NCBI GenBank assembly: GCA_040954595.2
Contig: CM082586.2
Coordinates: 8,711,337 to 8,775,336, forward strand
Reading direction: 5' to 3'
From: Balanoglossus misakiensis
Taxonomy: Eukaryota > Animalia > Hemichordata
DNA length: 64,000 nt
Shown in pieces: positions 25,901 through 37,900 of this stretch (position 1 is its first letter; each line of letters begins with the position of its first letter). Under the pieces are notes generated by a model. That model was not told where the DNA came from, made no database searches, and worked only from the letters and a program-made list of their open reading frames with translations. Both the position numbers and the translations under genes were made by a program.

Positions 25901-28900
25901 ATTCTTGGGTCACTCAAGCAGTGGCCATGGCGTCGTTGGGCTTTCAACAAAATCCAACTTTAGTCTGTAGTATCCCCCGGGGCCATGTCCATTCTATCTA
26001 ATACCATTGTAGTGGAGTGACCGTGCTAATACTTACCTATAAGTGTCGAGGTGGTGAACAATTATTCACCTGTATTCTTGAAATAACCATTACGTTGTAC
26101 ACAAGAGTGGATCTACACGGAAATTAAAAAAAATCTATAGGACTTGTGAAACAATCTGAGACTGTACCTTAAATGACCTGTGCTGATAGCCAATCACAAA
26201 AATAACTAGAAATTGTAGTATTACCACATTTGCTTACGATTTTTAAATCACCTTATTGACTGATGACCCATAATTGATGTCGTTGGAACCTTTGGCTGTA
26301 GTGACACTTTATCTCAGTAGCAAAAGAAATGCATATGAAATGACAATTGTTGTTCGTTTTGGTACAGTCTTGCCTGATTTTTATTGACCCAGGGCCTGTA
26401 ATCTTGGTGGCTAAAACACAATTCATCTTGTGCTGTACTTCCTGAAATGAACTCAGAAACTCGACTTTGGGTAGGTTTCACTTGGATAAAAAGAAGTACA
26501 GTGTCTCGCGTACAGCTGCTTTGGATGAAAATGCACCAGAAATCAAATGTTGGTCAATGCAGAGCTACTGAAGGCTAAAATCGAAGGGTCGATGCAAATA
26601 AGCACACTCTTACCTCAAAGCATTTCAGGATATTTTCAAGGCTGCATGGTATCGCCCCAAACCAAGCTGTCAGTGGCAATTGCCATCCTGAGACCTGAGT
26701 GTTTGGGCAGGAACAGTCTTTTTATGAGACTAAGCAGTGACATCAGCGTTCAGTTTCATTTCCCTTTTCTTGCAAAACATCCATCATGTGATCGTCAGCC
26801 CCCACCAGGTACAACTAAAACATGCCAACCAGCAACAGTGAAGGCCTGTCGTTTATTCACAGTAAAATGCCTGGAAAGGTAACACCTTCGCAGTTTAGTC
26901 TGGTCTAAACTATAGTTGTACCAGCTTGTCTATATTCCAGTAAGCATGATTGTCTATTTTAGCAGCATGTATTTATGATATAGAATGCAATTCTCTGCTA
27001 ATAGCAAATCACTATGAGCTATTGGTATTGAAAATGATTTGTTCTACATGAACCTGACTCAGCTGATGCTTGTCGTTTGGTTTCTGTTGTAAGACACACT
27101 GGCTGGTGAGATCGGGTTGTAAATAGTGGGGTCCCCCCCCCCCCCCCAATGCAATAATGACATTCCTGTACCGGTATTTCCAAGTATCCAGGAAGTTTGT
27201 ACAGTACAGTACAATGCCAGAAAAGCAACATATCACCTGTCCTTCATCTCAGACATCGCCGGCAGTTTCCAATTGTACTAGCGTTAAATAAAACTATGGA
27301 TTGCGGAATCCTTCAGAAAACATATTAACTAATTTTATTATATGTATAACATATCTCCCTCCCCCTCTTTCTCTCAATCCCTCCCCTATCACTATTTATG
27401 ACCTTTGTGGATGTCAAATTTCACTACTGGTATATTGGCTGAAATGCTTCATGATAGCCACACTGCATGAAAATTCAGCTGTTTTTAATCGGAATAAGGG
27501 ACATGGAGTATTGGGAGTGGACATATGATTTCCATCCAGTCTGCTCTTAAGTAGAAGCTGCAAAATTATTAGATAAAGTCTGTACATCACTGAATTAACT
27601 TTATGACACAATCAAAATGAAAATGCTTACGTGTAAGTAAAAGTGACTTTCATTTTGGGGACTCATTAGTCCGGCTGTGGATGGTCTTGAAGACTTGTAT
27701 AGATTGGTTCATTCTGCCTGTGTGTGTGTTCGTGTTGTGTGTGTGTGTGTGTGTGTATGATAATCAGTCTACCATACTACGGTATTCAATTTGTACACTA
27801 TGACTCAATCCTAGAACAAAAAATGAAATTTGTCTGTTACAGCAAGGTGAACTTTGTGTGTACTGTAATTTTGAATGTGTGATGATGTTGTACAAAGAAA
27901 AATATCAGGATTGAAGGTGGTTCGGGGGTCATGAGAGTTGGCTGTTTATATCAATTATTGATCATTGGATATCGTCCAGAAAGGACAGTGACTGATATTC
28001 AATTTATTATTTACCTGTAACAATATGTTTTTTTCCCCCATTAGCCATCTTCTATGAAAGAGTTATTCTGGACCTCAACAGAAAGATTGAGGTAATATTA
28101 ATCTCTACTCTCAAATGTCAGTTTTCTTGCTTTTTGCTCTTTCTATATAGTAAATGCAATTCTTGCAAAAATATTAGATCAAATACCCTTTCACAGCTTG
28201 AATACTTGTAATATTCCCATACATAGAGTTATAGTTACTTTCACCTGAAGTATAGCTCTCTCATCCCCCCCCCCCCCCCCCCTGCAATGGTGGCTCATCT
28301 CATTGTACTTCATGTAATTATATTCCAACATGTCTATACTGGTTCACCCAGGCTCATTGAGGAAATATACACTGAAACAAATGAGCTCAGGTACCACAGC
28401 TAAATATTCCATCTGCAGAGATTAAATTTAAGGGGAGTCAGAATCATTCAAACGTCTCTGAAGATGTCACATGCAGTGCAGAGGTCGCAGTAACATGTTT
28501 TGTGTGCGTCTTTTTGACACATTCATCGATAAAAATTGCGTCAAACTCCTTTCAGCCTGCGTCATTCACAGGTCTAGTTCAATATTCATCAAACAAAATT
28601 AGCTACATTTTGAGTACTAATGGTTGTTACATTTTGAGCACAAAATGGTTGTTTTGATCCCGGGGGTGGGGGTGGGGTGGGGGGTGGCCCACTGTGCTAT
28701 TTTCAGACACAGTCAGCCGGTATATGTAGGGTTTTTGTTGACCATTGTACAGGTAGATCGCCCATTTCCTATGCGTCAATATTAACGCACTGAATAAGAT
28801 TTTCACATCAAGGGAATCTTTTTTTGCGTCAAATACTCAATTCTTTTTGCGTAAATGCAACCTCTGCAGTGTCAGTCGTATTTTGTGTAATTCATACATA

Positions 28901-31900
28901 AGTTTGGTAACCTATGGAAACAATGAGTTTCACAAAACAGGAATGGCATTTGAATGGTTTTAGAACCCGATGATGCACTGTCTAATTTTGCAGGAGGTCA
29001 AGCTACCAGACTTGCGAGCATCATATCTGTATCTGAGAGGAATGTTACATGCTGCATGCGGCAGAGCAATTGGTGCTATTGAAGATTTCCACAATCTTGC
29101 TGCTGCAGATCTGAGAATCTTTCCAAGCAAGTAAGTTATCCGAAGAGCAACTGATGTATTAAAGGGACAAAGTCTCTCTCTCGCTGCCCTTTTTCCATTA
29201 ATTATGTTTGATACAAGACATAGCTTAATGTTATTGTACATGTGGATATATAGTTAATCAACATTTAACCACACACACCTTCCATCCAACTTGTAGACCC
29301 AAGAGTGCAAAAACTGGCCAAAATGAATAATCGGTCCCTACCATTTATTCATTTTTGACGAGCTTTTACCTTCATATCATATAAGCGGGATGGAAGTTGT
29401 GTGTGGCAGAACGTTGATTTACTATTTATTCACATGTAGAATAACATGAACAGTGTCTTGTATCAAACATAATGATTGGAAAAAGGGCAGCGAGAGAGAG
29501 ACTTTGTCCCTTTAAAGAGTTGGTGTTTGCATAGTTACAATGAATTGTGTGTTCAAGCATGTCATCTGTAGAACTTGAGACACATAAGGGGTTCATACAG
29601 GGACCATAATAAGACATTTCTGAAACGTCTCAGGTCAAATACTGGCATAAATTATTTAGAGGTTATAAACGGCTAGCGAGAGTATTTGGTTGCGGATGTA
29701 AGACCTCTCAGGTGAAAATTAGCATATTTGGCGGGAAATACCTGTGCTGTTTTACGGTGTCATCAACTCGCATGACATTTTTATCTGTTCAGTTTTGTAA
29801 CTCCTTATATCCATTTTCAGTGTTGTTGGTCAGATCTTGACAAATTTGACTGCACACGAGAAAGAATTACTCAACAAACAGAGTTTCTACAAGAGAGCTG
29901 AAGTCTGGAGGAAAATATCCGAAAGTAAAGGAAATGGTCCACGGAAAAAAGTTACTATGGAACCAGAAAATATTCCTCAAGAACCTGTCAGTAAGTTACA
30001 ACTTTCATTGCCCATAGACAACATGTATATAGATGAACTGTTTGGATAGAACACACATCAAAAGTGCTCAATTACTGATCATGTTGGTGACCTCCCAACC
30101 CAGACTGAATGGATTTTGTCACCAAGACATTTTTTTTCCTTTTTTATTTGCTTAAAGGGACAAAGTCTCTCTCTCGCTGCCCTTTTTCTGTTGTTTGATA
30201 CAAGACACCGTTTATGTTAATGTACATGTGGATATATAGCGAATCAACGTTCAACCACACACACCTTCCATCCCACTGGCACTTGTAGACACGAGAGTGA
30301 AATACTCGCCAAAATCTACCATTCATTCATTTTGGGCGAGTTTTTACTCTCATATCATACAAACGGGATGGAAGTTGTGTGTGGTTGAACGTTCATTCAC
30401 TACATATCCGCATGTACATTAACATAAACGGTGTCTTGTATCAAACATAATTAATGGAAAGGGGGCAGCGAGAGAGAGACTTTGAAATTGTCCCTTTAAT
30501 GAACACAAATACACACACACAGAAAACAGAAAATGATGACTGCGTTATTGAGATGCAGTATGGTATTAGATCACTCCTTATTCTATGTGTATATCTTCCG
30601 TCACAAATACCCTGAGCATCTGCCAAAAATTCAACACCTGCAGAGTAATATGCTGTGATTTGTGTTATATCTCGTGGTATACCCAACCTTAATTAAAGGG
30701 ACAAAGTCTCTCTCCCTGCCCCTTTTCCACTAATTACATTTGATACAAGGCACTGTTTATGTTAATGTGCATGTGGATATATCAGGTTACGCGTTAGTGC
30801 AGATAATTTACGTTTTCACGCAAGATTGTAATAATTGCACGCAAGAAAAGACGTGCTGTTGTGAGCACTGCGCACAAACGTTTCTCATGCCGGCTAAAAG
30901 TGGCTATTGATCTGCAGTGCCTATATCACTTATGACTCCGCTTGCGCGTCTGGAATTCTGAGGTAAAACAACACTTGCAAGCGCATCAGGTCATGCACGC
31001 GTCAAAAACAAGTTACCTAAAATTTTACAAAGTTTGTCCACTCTGCGTACTCATGAACACTTGCACGACGTTAGCAACGCGATTGATATGCAAATGACGC
31101 CTAACGGTACTAAATTTGAAATAAAAAGTAGTTTTTTCCTGCCAAAACCGTATCAAGTCAAAGTTCCGAACTCGTCTTGGTGAAGGCCGTCTATAAACAC
31201 TGATGCGGGTATCCATTGAAGGACCGGACATGGCAATATTTGACTTCCGTAGAGCGAGGGAAATTTTCCTTTCCCGAAAACAAAGGCGATAAAGAAAGAA
31301 TATCGGTGTACTGAAAGTTTAACGTGCAGTCAATTACTGCAGTAATTCCGCAATTAACGATGTAAACGGAATTTCTCTTGCTACAATTAGACTTTCGTGT
31401 TCACTTGTTTTTTTCTAAGCAGCGGTGTTTTGTTTGAACTTCGTCTAAATATTATTAATTGACGTCGTGTAAGCGTTCAATCCGCTAGAGCGCTTGTTTT
31501 GATTCAAAAGTATCAAATTCAAAATAAGGTCAGACTGACTAGAGACGTGAAATGTTATAAAGCTTTTATTGATATACATTCCTTGTTTTTTCCCTTGTAT
31601 TTTCTGTTACCATCAGCTTTAAATTGTGAATAGGAATAAAAGTTTCTTGAATATATTGACGAATTCACCGTCTGCAATGGCATGCTGCGAGTCTGTACGT
31701 ACGTACCAGTATGGGGTCATCATCAGGTCATGAAATGAGGCGATTCTACTTATACTGTGGGGGTTTCAGGTCTCTTACAATGCGCGCTCAAAGAAAGTGG
31801 GGCTGCACGTAAATAAATTATACCCATTGCGTGCACTGCACGTAAAAACTGCAAAGTCTAGCGCCAACCCTGATATATAGTGAATCAACGTTGGACCACA

Positions 31901-34900
31901 CACACCTTCCAACCCACTTGTAGACACAAGAGTGAAAAAACTCGCCAAAAACAATCGGTCTTTACCATTTATTTATTTTGGGCGAATTTTTACTCTCATA
32001 TAATACAAGCGAGATGGATGATGTATGTGCACATGCACATTAACATCTTGTATCAAACATTATATGGAACAAGGGCAGTGAGAGAAAGACTTTGTCCGTT
32101 TAATAACACACAATTTCAAAACCATTTATAAATGATAGTACCTGCATGGAGTTACATGTAATGATAGTGTTACTGATGATTCATCTTACAGATTTAGAAA
32201 ATTTCATCAAGCATATCCGGCTGCTGGAGATTGCAAGTGACATTGATGCTATTGCCAGATTGTTCCACTCATTAAATCTCGGAAAATCACAGGGTGAGTA
32301 TTTATCGTTTGCAACTAGTTGTGGTATATAAACCTGTTACCAATGTTTCATGCATGTACTGGTATGCCTAGTCTAGTACCTAGCCGTATTTTGTCCGCTT
32401 TGCTTCCAAAACTAACGTCTAGCCTCACTCATGCCACTGGCCCAATAAATCCCTTACCCCTTGCTGGGAATTGTGATGGAACTAGCGTCCCCTTGAAGTC
32501 ACTCACATAAACTGAACAATGGTGATTGGGTCTAAGGTTATAGTGAAGGCAGGGCTAATTTGAATGAAAAATGTTACCCATCCTTAATTACACATATGTA
32601 TGTCCTTTGTCCAATCATTGGAAAAACAAAGTCTCTGATTGACTTCAGAGGGACGCTAGTTACATAACAATTCCCAGCAAGGGGTATGGGGTTTTATTGG
32701 GCCAGTGGCATGAGTGAGGCTAGACGTTAGTTTTGGAAGCAAAGTGGACAAAATACAGCGAGGTACAGTACTAGGCTATGGTATGCCATGACATATGAAA
32801 TATGCTTATGTAAATTTGTCTCATTTTGATCCAATATGGCTGCCAGGCAGCTATTTTTACCACACATGATCACGTCACATGAGGTTATGTTGTAGTGGTT
32901 TCTGTGTGTGTGTGTGTGTCTGTTAACACAATGTCTCAAGAACGGCTGATCAGGTTTCAATAAGGTTTGGTACGCAGGTTCTATTTTGGAATGGCAAAAT
33001 TGATTAGTTTTTGGTAGCTGTCGACAGCGAATTAATCAAGTTGTGATCAAAAGAAAACCGTCGACAAGGTTAACCCTAATGCTACTGGGTGTCATACCTG
33101 TTTAGAGTGTCAATTCCCTTAAAATACGTATTTGCCACTTTTTCTTCTAAAATGTATTTTGACTGTTTTGACATGGTTCTCATACATACTTAGACACACA
33201 GGGCAGTCGGAACCCCTGTAAAATGTACCAAAAAGCACTGGTTTGCACTGTATTGGTTTGAGGGTCTTGTATAGGCCCTACTGATTAACACACACTTGGC
33301 AGTCTAACAGGCCTAGGAGCCAGGATTCTAGGCACCCTGGAAATCAAACCAGTTTTAACTGACTTGGCAGCGTTAGTGTTAATACTTTTCAGGAACTATT
33401 TTAGCTATTTACAGATATGTTATGACTGATTTTGTTACTTTGGATTTCGTCCAGTGTTTTCTTATTTAAGCCACATTTGCTGTTATTTTTTTGCTATACT
33501 ACATGTACTGCAGTTTCTTGTCCAAATCTCCGAAGCGTGATGAAATGCACAGTATGAGGCTTATTAACTCAACCTATATGTATGTATTTAGTCAGCATTT
33601 TATTGTGCAAAATTTGAATTCAAATCTGGACTAGAATTCATTTGTCAACAATGACAAGCAGAGTACTTCGTAATGCTGTTTGGAGTTGAACAAGAAACTG
33701 CATTTGGTATACAGAACAATAAAACTGAAAATAAGTCAAAAGTTATATACTTTAACCATTTCACCCCTGATTCTGTCTGTAGAGGTCCAAATTTACCATA
33801 GAAAAAAGTGGATTACAGCTATGATCTAGTGTGGACTGTGACATTGACAATAACTTTTTCATTTAGTGGTAGATCCGGACACCTTTAGTATCTTCTATGA
33901 GTGTTGGAAGGAATCTGAGATAGAGACAAATTCTGTCTCTATACCACATGGTGAATTGGATAGCAATGAGTGTGTTTTGAAAGTGTCATCATTGATCAGA
34001 ACTGATCATGGAACAGGCAGACTAATTCTTACACAAAAGAGGTAAGAATTTCATTATTTGTTTGATTATATACCTCATGCTAATACTGTGTCGTGATTTG
34101 CCAGAATCCGTCACGTGATAGGAAAATAGAATCGACTATGAATCCCTCTAGGGAAATAGCAGAAAAAATATAAACCGGTCACGTGACCAGCGTGAGTTCA
34201 CAGACTCGGGTCAAGTCAATCAGCGTTGCGTGTTAGCATGCGGCTTATTATAAAACACCTATGGCCTGGCCTATATTCGGGCCATAGCAGCCGTTTTTAG
34301 CCACGCGTGGCTGTGAGTTACCAGAATCACATGCTATTTCCCGAGGCCGTAGTAACTCTATCACAGACCTCGGGGTAATAAACGGCTGCTATGGCCCTCA
34401 TGGCCAGGCAATAGGTGTTCAACATGGTTATAATTTCAGTTGTCTGTTCAATTGGCTGACATCGATCAATTTCTCAGGCTTCTCAGAAACCATTGGTCAT
34501 CCAAGTTTGATATTCAAGAAACAGGTCACTATGTTTTTGGGATCTGTTTATACTGAATTCTTTTTCCAATCCCTTAATATCAAACACTATGTCAAAGGAA
34601 CCTCTGTACCCCATAAACTTTTGCTAACCAAACATTTTTATTGTCTCACTGGTTTTCGATGGAGACACATTTATATGGGGGTCACACACACACCATTAGT
34701 TCTGAAGCGTCTCAGATCAGATACCGTCTTAAAAAAACATGTGTGGACGGTGTATAGTGGTTCTGAAATGGCTTAGATTTGAGATGGCTTTGCTGGCCAG
34801 ACCTGAGCCAGTGTAAGGATTCACACCTCTCCGCAACCCATTGTCTATGGGGCCGAGCCTCAGCGCCTATACATAAACTTTGTGTGTGTGGACGCAAGGC

Positions 34901-37900
34901 GACTCAAAGGATTAATGCTTTGTGTTTACAATAGGCAAATATTGTCTCAAATTTTTCCCTGTGTGAACCTGGTACCACTTTCTATATCACAGCAGTTGTC
35001 ATAGTGATAGTCTAAAATGTCTTCCTGTTGTTATAGGCTGTTTTTCCTTTCCCATGGAAAACATGGACTGAAGGATGTCATCCGACTTAGAGATATCAAA
35101 AATTTAGATAAAATCATATTTACACACACTTTTCCACCGGGTGTGCCAGCATTGAAGATCACACACAAATGTAAGTACCCGGTATGTTGTTTCCTAGAAA
35201 ACATGGCTGAAATGTTTCATTCTTGTCACCAGGACTGCTTAAAGGGACCAAGTCTCTCTCGCGCTGCCCTTTTCCCATTAATTGTATTTGATACAAGACA
35301 CTGTTTATCTTAATGTACATGTGGATATATAGTGAATCAGTGTTCGACCACACACAACTTCCATCCCATTGACCATAAGGGCAAAGTCTATGGTGAAATT
35401 TCTCCACTTTCGTTCCCCTCGGCCGCAGACGACATCTTTGTTTACTTTCCATTTCGCACATGTGCAATATGTTGTTTTTGAAGTGAGCGGGCATCATTTT
35501 TCGGAACTGATGCCCATTAGGCAACAGTCCCGACAACTGATGTATGTGTGTTTGGTTTCACAGTGGACTCCAAAGCACCGTATATAGCAAGTTTGAAGTC
35601 CGAAAGGAATACATGGTACATGTTGATCAAAGAGATGTGGGCAGGTAGAGCCATTGCAGATGTACAGAAAGATCATCAAATTATCCAACAGGCAGCTCAG
35701 AATGTACTGATGATAGATGCAGTGATACGCAGTGGTGAATCTGATGACACCACACACTCCTCAGCTGTGGACTTGGCTGCTGATGTAAGGAAAATCAATT
35801 GATGTCTTGGAACTTTTGATATTGACTGGGCCTTGAGGGCAACAGCATACGTCTGTGACCTGAGGGACTGTGAATCACCCCCCCCCCCCCCCAACAGACT
35901 GTTTATGGGGGATGACTCACATTCCCGAGGGGTGAAAGATATATGTTGTTGCCAAAAAACCCAGTCAATATGTGTTTTGTAACACACCTCATCCCCAGCC
36001 ATGCATAAGAACTCACCATACACAAAGTAAGCGGGCATTGTTTTTTCGGAACTGATGCTCGGTGGGCAACCACATGAAAATTCTTGTGCAAAAAAAATTA
36101 TTCATTGTTTAATTTGAAAGAAATACTGCCTGTGGGGAAAATGTTTCCAGGTGCACATACATTGTACTTGGCTCAGCCATCTTTCTCTTTAATCTCTGTG
36201 CAGGGCTCGACTTATGGTTGGAGTTTCATTTCTACCTTGCACACGGTTTGTCCCAAAGGTACCAGAAGTACCTCGCTGACGTACTATCTGAAATTCCTCA
36301 TCATCAGAAAAACTTGAAATTTACATGTTTTGAGAAAAAATGACAAATATGTTACAGTAGAGGCTGCAATATAATATACATCTGTATGTTATTTCACAAT
36401 ATCCAATAGGGCCACTCATTAATTTCAAAATTAATATATATATTTTTATTTTGACACACTTAAATAATAACACATAATAGCGAGGGCAATATCACGATTT
36501 GAAGCCTGCACGAGGGATGGTGATCTCTGACCATAATATTGATGATGCCTGAGTCGCAGGTTATGGTCAGAGAGCACCAGCCTGTAAAATATCGTCCAGT
36601 TGAACAGGCGTTAAGCCTGTATGTCTGAAGCCATAGATGCGGGAGTTGACTGATCGTGGAGGAAGCCATTGAACGACAGTTTGTTATGCACAGAAGTCGT
36701 GCGCAATATCAACAGGGCTGTATCAACTCTTGCCATGTTATATCACTTTTTTCTCTATGTCACGTGAGTGCGTCTCAGCCAATCACGAATACGACATAAT
36801 ACGTGAGGTGTAATAATCCCTTATAAATCATTCATTTCAGAATTTATGTTATTTTACACGTCGTCGCGATGAAGGTATGGCTACTCTACCTCAAGAAACA
36901 ACCAATGCATTAATACACCGTGTGAATCCATGTAGTCATAATGAAGAGAAAGCAACCATTGAAGCATTGCTGTATACACCTGGAAGTAAGTGTTGTCATG
37001 GAAACCTAAGGCCCATTACATGGGGTGAAAAAATCAACTAGTTACATAAAAACATTTACCATCGTCTGCATTAGTTTATAAACCCTGCCCAACTATTAAT
37101 AAAGGCCAAAGTAAGTAAATTCTTTGTTTTGGGTCCACTCAAAATTCTGAAAGTTATGCGGGTATGCGGTTATAAAACACAGAAACACTTGATTTAGCAA
37201 TCTGCTGTCATTTGACAGTTTTCTCATACTATTTACATACATGTATTCTTGAAATGATTTTATTTGGCATGACCGCATGCTTCATTGGCTGTAATCATGG
37301 TAATATTACTGTATAAACAAGTATATACCATAGTTGCAATATAAAAGTCTTCGCTTATTTTTGTAAGAGTATCAATGTGGGAAATTTTTGCAACTAAACT
37401 TTTATTTTTCCTCTTGAAAACCTATGTGTGGACAGACACAAAACAAAACATTTACTTACTTTGGCCAAATTTAGCAAAATAAAAATGTTGGTTTTTAAGG
37501 TCGGTGTGCATTTGCTTCTTGCTGACTTGTGCACATTTCATTAGCCATGCTGCTTGTACTTGTGGTAATGTTAGTAATGAAGATTAAAGCCCCAGTATTT
37601 CTCGTGTGTATCCATTTTTCATCATCGAAAAATGCCCGTTTTTCCCGTACATTCATCATGGAATACTACATAATGAAGATATAAGAAAGGTTTGGGCAAC
37701 TGTAGCTACATGCAAGCTGTAAATATTGCCCGTAACACTTGAAATGATGCGCGGGTTTGTTAACAACGGAAATGTTGTACATCAAACGTGCCACTTTGAC
37801 ATTTGATGTCAGGCCATTTTCGGATTTGATCTGGTTCCATCGACTGATTTCGTCCCATATCGTTATCTTCCCAGAATTTCGCCGAATTAGTGCGCATTTC

